A DNA stretch of 64,000 nt from NCBI GenBank assembly GCA_036172245.1, contig JAYWIR010000052.1:558001-622000 (forward strand), read 5' to 3'. Every line of letters begins with the position of its first letter. Positions within the stretch are counted from its first letter, which is position 1. This document shows, in pieces, positions 25,401 to 36,440 of this stretch. Origin of the DNA: Raillietiella orientalis. Lineage: Eukaryota. The notes beneath the pieces are model-generated. The model made no database searches. It worked only from the letters and a program-made list of their open reading frames with translations, and was not told the DNA's origin. A program made the position numbers and the translations under genes.

Positions 25401-27170
25401 CGAGGATCCTTCCGTCTCGCTTCGAGAGCGAGTGGTTCCCCTTGTGTGTGTTCTTTCCCGTCTGCGTGTGCTCAGGGCAGAGAAGGGGGGGGGGGGGCTA
25501 CGGCGGGGTCTCTCGATCGACTGTTTTTACCCGACATGCTTTCCTCCCGATAGAACCAGGACGTGAAGCTGGGAGACCTCGGTTCTTGCGCCAGGATCAA
25601 ATCCAGCAACGCACCCACATACACAGAGTACATATCGACTCGATGGTACAGATCTCCGGAGTGCCTTCTCACCAAAGGGTTCTACGGCCCTAAAATGGAC
25701 ATTTGGGCTTTGGGATGTGTCTTCTACGAAGCCACTACGTAAGTAGCTTCCAACAACAACCTCCCCACAATAAGAAAAATGCGGACGGGTTGAGCAGTAA
25801 ACGATTTCTGGCAGATTTCCCGAACCCTTGCAGAATGAAACCAAAGCGTCAAAAACAAGAGGAAAACGAAAATTGCGCTTCCGGTGCTCACGAACGACGC
25901 AACCACGGATACGCCTCCGGGGTTCGTTTTCTTTGGCGCGGGCACTCGTGGCTACCAGTGACCACGCAAGGGCGGGAAGCTCGTTCTCTCGCGGGGGCTC
26001 GTTCTAAAAAGCTTGCATGCCCAATTGATTAAGCGCTCCCCAGCACGTGAGGATCGGTCTTCTCTGACGACGACCGATCCAACGGCTAATCGTTTTCGTG
26101 CCTCCTCCGGCCAGCAGCGCCCCTCCGGCGGACCCAGGGTTAAACCCACTGTGCACCTCGTTTCCTGGCCAAGTCGCGCTAGGAGCTGATGGAACTGACG
26201 GAACGTTGTGGCTTGCAGGGGTAAACCTCTGTTCCCCGGCCAGAGCGAGCTGGATCAGATACAGCGCATCCACAAGATCCTCGGCACTCCGGATCGCAGC
26301 GTCATCCTTAAACTGAAATCTCAGTAAGTCTCTCCCCCTCTCCCCTTTCATGCAACACGCAACCGCGGGATTATTTTCTTGCCTTGGTGCAGCGGATCCG
26401 AACTGCTCGAGGTTCAGTTACCGTACGAGACAGGAACCGGGCTTGCGACTAAGATGAGTCTCCTGAGCGACAGAGGCAAGGATCTCCTGCGCCACATGCT
26501 GGTTTACGATTTCGAAAGGAGGCTGACCGCAAGCAAAGCCCTGGAGCACTCGTACTTCAAGCATGCCAGGTGGGCGAGCCGAGCCGCGGGCGCGGGCCGC
26601 CGGCGAGAAAGGCGGCCGAGCCGCTTTTCTCCCAGGCGAGGTCCAGAGCGAAGCCTGGATGCAACACGGGCTGCCCCTCGGCTTCCGATCAAGCCGTTGT
26701 GCTCTTTTCCAGGAATTTCGTGACCACGCAGTCGCGATCTCTGTCGGTTGCAAATTACCTGTCGCATGACCGGGCGCCCCAAACGGCAAGTAGCGCCGCC
26801 CCGATAGGTTTGCTTTGTTTCTCGTTTGTTTCATTGCCCTGGTTCCAGAAGGAGAGTTTGTCTCTCAAGGAGGAAGCGGAAAAATGCATGTCTAACGTTT
26901 CTAAACACGTCAAAGACGGAAGTTTCCTTGAATACACCACCAAATGGTACTGCATGGTGTGTGTGCAGCTTGGAGGTAATTTCGATTGTCTCCCGTAGTC
27001 TGAGCACCATGGCACTGAACAGCAGCAAGGAGACGGGTACTCGAAAGACCTACCACATCAGCGAAAGCTTTACCATGCCTTCAGTTTATTATCCTGAAAC
27101 AGTCGTCTCGTACCCCAGGATCCCAGTCCCCAGTCTGACCATAAAAAACTTCCCCAGTTTGGACTCATAA
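22460..27170 (+). CDS. MOK: MOK/RAGE1-like Ser/Thr kinase (CMGC, RCK family), ~420 aa, ~11 exons
   Basis: Exons 22460-22508, 22850-22964, 23032-23121, 24947-25027, 25121-25238, 25554-25738, 26219-26323, 26393-26569, 26713-26785, 26849-26946, 26999-27170; phases join. Motifs 'LGEGTFAEV', 'YACKRLKQ', '[13 protein letters not shown]', '[12 protein letters not shown]', 'KLGDLGSC', '[29 protein letters not shown]', '[12 protein letters not shown]'. First exon and exons after 26569 are less certain. Confidence 0.9.
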
Positions 27171-27349
27171 ACCGGGTCCTCTGTGAGGAAGCGGGAATCT
27201 CGCCCTCCGGCACCACGCGATGGCCGCCAACAAAAGAAAAACTCTTGGTGACCACGTGTAAAGCACTCGACAGGCATCTGCCTTTCTATATGGGCGCTGC
27301 TCCAGAAGAATTCGGCACTGTCTGAGATACATCAAACCATCATCGACGG

Positions 27350-28280
27350 CATGTTTCGGGCGTTCCAGCAGGGGGAGTGATGTTTTCTGGAAGCAAAGAG
27401 GAAGCTGTCAAGACTCGGTTGCAAGAAAAGAATTCTGGTCATTTTCCCGCACGTAAATAAATTTGCATTCTCATTTTTTTTTTTTAAAAAACTTTTCCGG
27501 TCAGTTCCATTAGAGAAGCGTCGAGATACGACGCATTTCGGGAACGAGTCCATGGGGCCACAGCGGCACCTGTAGGAATTCTGGGAAACGCTGCTGGACA
27601 AGAAGGGGTGAAGCAGAAAGACGGACCATCCCTTGCAACAGCGGGTGCACGACTCGGGATGGAACAACAAACTAGCATCGCCATCACCTTCAGTCCACAC
27701 CAGGAGGATAGACTGGCCTACGGTCCAGCGTTTCCTCACTCCCCACAATCGGTTGGATCTCAAGCATCGTATGTCCGGGAACTCGCAGACTCTTCTGGTC
27801 AAAGCCGTTTTTCAAGTTCTCTGCTGGACGGCAGTTGATTCGCTCCAAGGGGTCACTGCGACTTCGCTGCACATCGTTGTTCCCTCCCCAAATTTCCATC
27901 TTTATGCACCTCCAAGGGGGAATTTGCTTCGTGGGAAGCGCTCCGGGAACCTCCTCGTCTACTGCCCTGTGCCCACTCCGTGAGCAAACTTGAACTTGGT
28001 GTCTGAGGAGGCACCGGGCACGAAAGCGGCGGGAAGTGCATCCGCCGCCTAGTTGTAATGAGCTGCTTCGGGTGCGACTCTTCAGAGAAGAGATGTATCG
28101 AGGACCGGTCCGATTTTCCCACGGTCAACGTCGATGGCGAAAATCGTTCCTCCGCCGTCGGCCGAACACTATCTCTTGTCCCTGCAGCATCCTTTCTCTC
28201 TGGATCCCTTTCTTTAGCTGCGTGACGTGGGTGCGATTTCGGACGAATGTCGGGAATTTGGTTCTCGGGGGTTTGGTTTG
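27350..28280 (-). mobile_element. Decayed I-group-like LINE 3' part (RNase H remnant plus zinc finger)
   Basis: 'IHLFSEES' and 'LLTEWAQGSRRGG' (RNase H I.IFSDS and W.P.H.G-like), 'SNRLWGVRK', 'SQNSYRCRCGPMDSFPKCVVSRRFSNGTDRKSF' (C.CG...H...C...R-like). Confidence 0.5.
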
Positions 28281-28289
28281 AAATCCCGA

Positions 28290-28615
28290 ACTATATAAAA
28301 AATAAATAAACATGCTTGTGTATATTATGCATAAGTATATTATTGTGTCATGTTTATTAATCATTAATTTAGTATTAATAGTATATATGTCCATAAATAT
28401 TAATAAATGTATACGTTAAAATAATATTAATAACAGCATATGAATAAACATGTATGTTAAAATAAATTTGTACATTAACCTGTATATTTGTATATGAACC
28501 TATATATGACCATATAAACAAAAGTATACATTTATTAATGCAATCAACATGTATTAAATATTATAAAAAATAAATATATGTACTTATTAAGTATGCTGAT
28601 ATGTATTTATGTTCT
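28290..28615. repeat. Extremely AT-rich low-complexity island
   Basis: Abrupt switch to A/T-dominated TATAT/AATAAA/ACATG-type words between two GC-rich retroelement relics; a similar shorter patch lies at ~35025-35170. Confidence 0.8.
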
Positions 28616-28619
28616 CAAT

Positions 28620-30150
28620 TCAAGGTTAGCGCAAAGTTTTCGGTCAAGAAAGTGGTCACTTTCATTCGGTCAGGAATCGAGTCAGACGACTCGGAAACGT
28701 GGCACCCTCTTGGGTCGCTGACCTCAGATCGTCGCGCCACCCTTCCCACTGCGGCAGCATGTGGGAGTTTGCCGTGGGTTGTGTTTGCTGGGCACTTCGT
28801 CGGTGTGCCGCCCAGCCCAGAGGGCCGTCGTGGGACCAGCTGTGCAACGGTGAGTGCGCAAGTGGTCACCAGATGGAGCTATGCTCTTGTGGCAACGGTG
28901 TCCCAAGGAGCGACCGAGGCGGAGCTGAGAGTAAACGGCTAGAGCCCATCCTGTGCCATCGGGTAAGCTGTCTGTGCCAAAGAAGTGTTGAGGGAGCTCC
29001 GGAGGAGCCCAGACTTGTGGGTGTGAGAGAAGAACTCCTCTCCCTCATGACTGCGAGTGGGAGTAACGCATGGGAGCTCTCCCGTAAAGATCCCATTTCT
29101 AGGGAGCTCTCTCTGCTCACCTCGCTGGTTCTAGCAGAACGGGCGCTTTTCCCATCAAAGGTGGATCACTTGTGCGTGACCCGCCTCAGGACATCCCGTT
29201 TTGGGCGACGGACTTGACAAACTGCGGCGGACCACCTTGAAGACGATGCCACCGTACATGCCGTGTGACGTGGTGAGCCGTTCTGGGAGACGGGGTCAGC
29301 GGGCCGTCGCTGAACTGAGCTGAGTTATGCTCCGGGAGCTTCTTCTGGCCGCCACAGGCGGCCAGAAGGAGTGGTCATGAACATTTTTTTCAGCGGCCAG
29401 CACGTCCCTAGCGTGCCAGTGCGGCGCGGCATGCGGCAGGGTGGCGCCTGAGTCCCTTGTTCTTTAGCACCTACTTCGAGCTGGTGCTGAGCCCTCCCAT
29501 TAAAGAGGAAGGATTCGGCGCTGCTGTAGCTGCACTGGGGTCTCCCGTGCGATGCCTCCGGCATCACTGGACACGGAGGGATGGGGGTGGACCCGAACTG
29601 CGCCAGGTGCGGGAAACGGGAATCTCTCCCCCACCTGCTAGTGGATTCTGTTGCCCTCCAGCCCGTCCGGGAACGCTTCGCCGCAATCCTAGGAACCCAC
29701 GGCGGCAACTCCAGGAACGCTCTCAAACCCCTCTTTATCTGCGACGTACTTCGACCTGCAGTCTCGCTTGCAGCTCTGGTGTCTATGCAGGATCGCTACC
29801 GCCTGGAGCGACTCGGAAGAGGACATAGTGACAGGGATGCCATGCACTTCGCCGTCCGTTTTATGAGGATGGCAACGCGATGACCTCACTTGGACATCTT
29901 AATAAACCAAAGCTTGCCTGCATCTTGAGGAGGATGCAAAGGAGCCGCCCTAGCACATAGTGATCCCCCCCCCTTTTCCCAAAGCTGTTTTATCTATCTT
30001 TTCTTTTTGTTTGTCCCCTCCCATTTGCTGGCGTGACGGACCGCACCGGTCAGCGAACCAGTAACACGGCATGCTCCCTTGAAATTGCTCGTGGTTGGAC
30101 CAGGGGTCCAACCACAGATTTTGTAAATGTTTATATGTTTTAAAAATAAA
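28620..30150 (+). mobile_element. Internally deleted L1/Tx1-like element (endonuclease remnant, RT core, zf-RVT, 3' UTR); the only sense-strand LINE seen
   Basis: 'VVTFIRSG', 'WVVFAGHFVGV' (GDFN-like), 'VRRGMRQGG' plus frameshifted 'LSPLFFSTYFELVL' (RQGCPLSP.LF), 'VDPNCARCGKRESLPHLLVD', stop at 29883, T-rich tail ending in AATAAA at 30145-30150. Confidence 0.8.
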
Positions 30151-30154
30151 CGTC

Positions 30155-32400
30155 CTGGCGTACCCTGGCGGAAATCGAGTTCGTGTTGAGAGCATGCAAA
30201 GAGACCTTGACTACCCTGCCAAGCTCATTCCCCGACTTGTCCTGCTCTCCCTGTTTTTTGTCTGCCCCCCGCCCAGAGAAGTAAGAAAGCGGACCAAGAA
30301 CCTCCTAAGGAAAGTCTTTCTAGGGTGGCCAGGGGTCCCGATTTGCTTGAAGAACTTTTGCGTTCCGTCTCGGGACAGTGGTTTTGAACTCCTGACGTTG
30401 GAGCGGATGGAGAGACAGCTCCGATTTTAGAGACTGCCCTTGATGGTCAAGTATTGGACCACTCACTGGTTTGTCTCGGAGTCGGATAAGCGGCATGCTG
30501 TAATCTGGTTTTCGCGCAGCTACCAGAGCTTAGCCGCCTACAGCTTCCCCCTCCACAAGTGATCTCCCTAAGTAGCAAACACCCATGAATCTCTTGTCTT
30601 CCCACGAACAAGAACGCCTGGCAGCGTGACACAGTCAGAACGTGGGCTAACATCACGTGTCAGAAGTGACTGGAAACCTGTAATTCTGCAGGAATGCTGC
30701 GAGAAGCGTGCAGGCACTGCAACTGTTGGTCTGATCTCCGCTTCGTCGCAGCGGTGGTCTCCGTTTACGAGGTACATGGCACCAGCTTACTGGCAAGATG
30801 GGAGATTTCCTGCGAAATTTCAGATCGCAGGAAACCCTATTATGGTTGGACTGCGTGTCAGCCCGTAGACCAAATACTTCTCCGAAAGGACTTCTTTGCT
30901 GAGCATAGCTTCTGGACGTTCCTCCAGAAGGTCAGCAGCTTCCAGCGACACTGACGGACAGCTTCACACTCCCCTCAAAGTGGCGGGAGTTTCTCGTCTT
31001 CACGAGGTTTCTCTGGGGTCTTCTTTCTTTTCCGGACAAAGGACAACAGGCAGGCCACGTGGATGAGTGAATCCACTATTTTACAAAGGAAAAAAAAAAA
31101 AAGAAAATCCAGAGGTGGAAAGAAGAAGAAAATCACCTACTCGCAGGCCGGCCATGCAGAAGGGCAGGGAGGGTTTAGGAAGAGGGAGGAAAAGGACAAG
31201 AGTTGCCGATCACACCCGTCGCGTCTTCCGCAATCTGCGCGCGGTGCAGACGGCGTCCTCCTTTACCCGGAATGCTGGAAAGCCACCTCGCCACGTTCCT
31301 CGTCGCCGAAGGGTCGAGACGCCCGATGCTCCTACCCTGCTGACTCCCCTCCTCGATGCTCCGGGACGCCACGACCCTCCCGCCGAGCACCGGATGGATC
31401 CCGATGGAGGAAATAGGTGGTCAAGACCCCGTACCGCGCGAGGTAGGGAGCGGCAGCAACTCTGGGTCTTCTTGGGGTCGAAGCAGGGCAGCTGCGAAAC
31501 TTCTTCCTCGCGCTCCGAAGGCGGCCACACCCCCGGGCCACATCCCGTGCGTGGGAGCTGCCACCTCCCTGCAGCAGGCGCAGTTTGGGGGAGACACCTC
31601 TCCCTCTCGTCTGGAGCTTCGACCGTCGCCGCCGCCGGATGCACGGGAAGCCCCGATGCGCGGGCAGCAAGGCCTCTTCGTGCCGCTGCCTGAGGGGGAG
31701 CACACGGCTGTCCAGACAGAGGGATGGGAGGGGTCAGAATGTCCGACGTCGGAATGCGCAGGTATTCTGCCCGCCGGGGCGGTCTTTTGCCTCGGGCACT
31801 GGGTGTCGCTGCCAGTCGCTGTCGTCTTCCAGTAGTGGCCCACCAGTTTCGTTGCTCCTGCCACGAGGTCTCCAACCCTGCTGTCTGGCAGCTGCCGTTG
31901 TTCCCCCGTGGGGAGGGCATGCTCGGGGTGGGGACCTGTTTCTTGCAGTGTGCGTCTCCACTTCCTCTGGGGAGGCAGCTCCTGGGCTGTGGACGGGAGG
32001 AATCACGGGGTCGCGTCTCAGTCTCGTGGATGCGGATCCCGACGCCCGCTGCTTCCTGCTTCCAGGCGTCGTGGTCTGCCCTTCCCTCGCGACCGATCGA
32101 GTACCTCTGAACTTCACGTGTGGTCAGGCACCAAAAAGCCGCGTGCAATTCTCGGCCATCGAGACCTCCATCCTAAACTGGAGCTGCAGTTGCTGAATCT
32201 TCTTCAGCAGCCGCAGGGATGCCGCGTCCCGCATCCCTCCCTCCGTCGCGCAACAGGACTCTTGGAGGCGAACCTCTGGCCACTGGATGAGAGGGAACGC
32301 ATATGCGAACTGTGCCGGGTGCGACGCGATTGAATCGTTCCTGCTCCTGCTTCTGGACCAAGATTTCTATTTAAGAAGCGGCGAGTAGCAGGGTGGGGTT
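30155..32400 (-). mobile_element. Decayed L1/Tx1-like 5' part (ORF1 remnant, endonuclease, linker)
   Basis: 'REGQTTTPGSRKQRASG' (GQ..tC..C..GH-like), GC-rich low-complexity tail, then 'ADLLEERP' (LQET-like), 'LVNGDHRC' (GDFNC-like), 'TRDSW', 'KDFLRRF'. Confidence 0.55.
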
Positions 32401-32599
32401 TACCTGGATCGCGGTAAGGCTATAATAGAAACGCAACACAGAAATTCTATGGCTCTTCCATTGCCTTTTCCGTTTCCCGGAGGTTTTCCCGTAGGACGAT
32501 AACTGTTCGCTCCCCGTGCTTGTCCATGTGTGTAAGCTTCATTTGTATACCGTGTATGCATTGATTTATCTATTTTTCTTTCCCTTTACTGTCCCCGCC

Positions 32600-34400
32600 C
32601 TCACCCCAATTCCCTTCTCTCCGAGAACCTTCCTTCTCCTAGCTAACGACCTGTGCGCCGGCATCCCTCGGATGGCACCCTCTTGGCCCGTATTGCTACT
32701 GAACTCGAATGAGCGGTCCGGGTTGGACGCAGACAGATCGAGGAAACTGCGCTCTGCTTCCGCAGCGTGCCTCCCTCGGAATTCTCTTGAGCGATCTCTC
32801 GAGCGCCAGAATGCCCAGTTGAACTCCCAGTGAAAACTGGGTTACTGAACGCTACTTGCGTCTGATAGCGGAGGAGGACCATTCCGGTGAGGCGACTTGC
32901 TGAAGAATGGCGCGCTGTTTTCGCTTGGCTCACATCCCGTTGCATCTGAATGAGGCCGCATGCACAGATGTTGCTGCATGCGGAGGGAGTCTGCATTTTT
33001 AGACAAAACAAACAAACAAACACGGTAGTTCGAGACACTCCAATTTGCGTGTTCTGGCAGCACGGGAGAAAACTCCAAGGGTTCCCTACCTTGGAAGAAG
33101 GATCGCTCCTAGGTTTTATGAATTCCCGACGAGGTTGTGGGCACGGCAACGCGGCAACTTTCGCCATCATCAAGAACCCGCAGCGTGTGCTGAGAGAAAG
33201 TTCATCTCGACACAATCCGTGTGTTTCACGAGCTGGCAAAAGCGAACGGAGCCACTCGGTTGCGGGAGGCACCTTCGACACCTGCGCTGCTTGTTTTGCT
33301 GAGTGCAAGCCAAGTCATTGCTTTGGTATCAACAGCTTCTCCAAATCTTCAGCATCCCCCCCCCCTCTTTTTTTCCTCCCCCTTTCCTTTCATCTTTCCA
33401 CGCCATATTGCCTCGGAAACCATCTCAGAGTTGCCTCTGAGACCCCTCAGAAAGGATTTCCGGGGTGCTCATTTGCATGCAACAGTGCTATCTACAGTCA
33501 AATCACAAGATGCAAAAAGAGGTTGGTTTCCGATAGCGATCTTCTAGGCCTGGTGTTGCCGAGGATGGAAGGGTAACGAGGAACGGATTAGAAATGGAGC
33601 TCTCAGTTGGTCCGTGGATGGAGACGTTTGTGAAGTTTGGTTTCTTTGGGATGGTCGGAGATACACTTCTCAGAATGGTGGTGGCTAGGGTGGTGGACGC
33701 AAGGGTAGCGCCTGCTGATTCTCATACGTGCATTTCAAAAATAAAAACGCAACTTGTGTTAGCGATATCCTTGTATGAGCCATTATAAGTATGCTTACAA
33801 CTTACAGTGCTGGTATAATGAGGCAACACTGCTGAAGGACGAAACTGCGACTTCAGGAGAATTAAAAAAGCAAGAGCCTCGTTGCGATGTGATGTGGATT
33901 TACGAAAAAGCCATCGCAATCTCTTTACCTTCTTGTTCATGAAATCCTTGTGATCCTCACCTCCTTGGTTCCCCAGTATCTAAGAAGAGAATTTGCCAGA
34001 ATCTTCTGAAGCGGCACGGTTCCTACGGAAACTATCGGCATTTTTCCAAGACTGAGCTTCCTCCGCTTCTTTCTGCAATCATCCAAATAACACACAGAAT
34101 CTTACGCTATCGAATTCACTGAATTCTTAAGTGATTCGGGTTGAATATCGGATCCATTGAGTATCGGAAGGAAAGAAGATCGAAGTGGTATAGAGTCTGG
34201 TATATCAGTAGATTATTCTGCTGCTGGAAACAGTAAATATTAAATGGTTATTGATTTCCGACAATGTTAAGAAGGAAATCAATTCTCTTCGCATCCTTTT
34301 TGCCTGATGAAAATCTGGAAAAATCTTGGAAACAATCTTCAGTGTTCTGAAGAATAAATGCTTCTGAGATGGTATAAGAGGCGTATAATATTAAGAGGTA
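32600..34400 (-). mobile_element. Decayed L1/Tx1-like 3' part
   Basis: 'LRYWG' (YLG-like, ~33975), 'CLFCLKMQTPSACSNIC' (zinc finger), 'LNWAFWRSRDR' (IW..RN-like, ~32810). Confidence 0.55.
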
Positions 34401-35635
34401 ATCACGCTGTTTTACACAACTCCTCTTAAAATATTAAGGTGAGTTGTATAAAACACAAGGAATGTGCTAAAAAAAAAAAGAAAAACTTGAAAATTAACCA
34501 GAGAAAAGGCAAGTCGTATCATCTCAGTATGGTTGCTAGTGCTAAGCAAGCAGGAGCAAGATTCCACGGAAAATAGTGAAAATGCTACCTGCTGGAGTCC
34601 ATAGATAAGGCATGGTTTCTTTGTTTCGACATCTGTGGAGTATTTGCAAAAAAACAGATAGTAACTTGGAATAGGGATTATTTCAATTCTTCATAGTCAT
34701 GTATTTCCCTTACTTGTACATTCAAAATATTTTATTGTAAATATAGTAATAATTCCTAACTTATGTCCTTCTTATACTCTCATAAACAGGAACGTTACCG
34801 ATAAGTTTTTATAAAAATTCTAGAAGACTCCAATGATTAAAAACTTAACCCATGATTAAAAACATCAGTAACCAGTCCTTTTCTTAATACATTACTAATA
34901 GTGTATACAGTAAAAACATTGCAATTAATTTTGTAATTCGAAGGAATCCGGCAAATGGTTCCTTGAGAATCACATGCTGTATTATTAAATTATATTCTTG
35001 AGATTAAAGTTTCATATAATTCTTACTATATCAAGCATATATCGCATATTCGACATTTATACACGTAAATATACAAAATATGTATAATATGTAAATAATT
35101 TTGTGTGATATGGCATTTATATTTGAAATTTATTGATGATGTATACATATATAAATAAATTGTGTATGAATTCGCATGAGTAAACAACAGAACATGCATT
35201 GGATGAATTAAGTACAGAATACTGGACTTGCGAGGAGAACGTTTTTCAAATGCTGTTAGTCCATGTCTAAACGCGCGTACTTTTTCTCTTTCTGCGGCAA
35301 AAGTGATCACTACTCGAAGTAATCGTAATTTCAGGAAACGCAGTGATCTTGGCGATTAGTAAATAACTGTGAAATTAATTTGTCAGATTAAGTACTGGAT
35401 TGAAGTATGATTCATAAAGCACTTCTTAGGAGTTCTAAAGAAGTTCTTAAGCTTTCTTAAGAATGGCCATGATTGTTTTTGGAAAATGTTGTTTTAATGG
35501 ATTTGCCTATTTTATTTGGAAACACTTACTAAGATAACATGAACAACTTTAAGAGAAATACATTTTACTTGGAATTATAATTCATGATTTTTATTTGGCT
35601 ACCTTGCGACACTATGCTTGTATGACGTACTGAAT

Positions 35636-36189
35636 CAGCGATACTCAAAGACTCACGGGCCGCATGCGGCCCGCCAAGCTTCTATGTGCAAAAAAATACT
35701 TAATGGCTGTGAATGATATGGGCACTGCATATCATTCACAGCCATTAAGTATTTTTTTAAAATTTCTCATAGTCGTGCAATAGATTTCATTAATGTAAAA
35801 GGCAAACCATGAGTGGTTGGCACCCACACGCACAGCGCTCTCGCGGTCTGTGGTTTGTTTAGTGATTTAGTGTAATAACGAAACTGTACGTTGCGTCCAT
35901 TTCGTTTCTTATAATTTCAAGTGCTAGTAGGCGGAAAGAATACAGTCTGTGCTTAACTCACCACAGTTAAAAAACTATTTGTTTACATCCATACTCTTCA
36001 GATTTTTTTGCATAAACTATATGGACGTGAAAAAAATTATATTGTGCTGAAATGTGTAGAATCAATTAAAATGTATCAGTGTATAAAATTTTTTTAGATG
36101 ATCATATTATAATGTACAACGTGCTACATACAGCCCGCGTAATGTTGCAAACTTATGCATGTGGCCCGACGAGAGGTTGAGTGTGGTTG
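35636..36189. mobile_element. Non-autonomous hAT (Buster/Charlie-like) remnant, ~554 bp
   Basis: Left end CAGCGATACTCAA...CGGGCCGCATGCGGCCCGCC; right end ATGTGGCCCG...TTGAGTGTGGTTG (10/13 match to the reverse complement of the left TIR); flanks TACTGAAT / TCCTAAAC (5/8 match, right copy fits nnnTAnnn). Confidence 0.62.
35690..35758. repeat. Perfect 31-bp inverted repeat with 7-nt loop
   Basis: AAAAAAATACTTAATGGCTGTGAATGATATG-ggcactg-CATATCATTCACAGCCATTAAGTATTTTTTT. Confidence 0.97.
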
Positions 36190-36440
36190 TCCTAAACCTT
36201 GGTAACCCTGTGCTTGAAACACCCAACGTTTGTTTTGCGCTACATGCTTTATGCTTTTTGATGAGTCTACTGCTGGAAAATGCTTCACACTTGTGTGATG
36301 AAACCCACAACTGTTTTCATGGGAGTTTTTGGTGTTTTTCTGTGCAGTATTCTCTTCTACGTTGCAATTCTGTCGAGTTTGATTCCCGTGTGGAGTTTCA
36401 TGTGCCTTGAGTTGCTTTGAAAACATACTTGACCGTGCAA

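Noticed and set aside
27084..27118. Possible extra 35-nt intron extending the MOK C-terminus
   Set aside because: Weak GTTTAT donor, shorter than any supported intron, and no homology to decide.
31210..32148. 312-aa minus-strand ORF, the longest non-genic ORF
   Set aside because: Low-complexity Arg/Pro/Gly composition with overlapping ORFs in several frames; fits the GC-rich ORF1 tail of a LINE relic.
29985..32600. Similar TTTATCTAT..TTTTCTTT..TGTCCCC words at ~29987 and ~32564
   Set aside because: Short, low-complexity and gapped; not enough to call a repeat or LTR.
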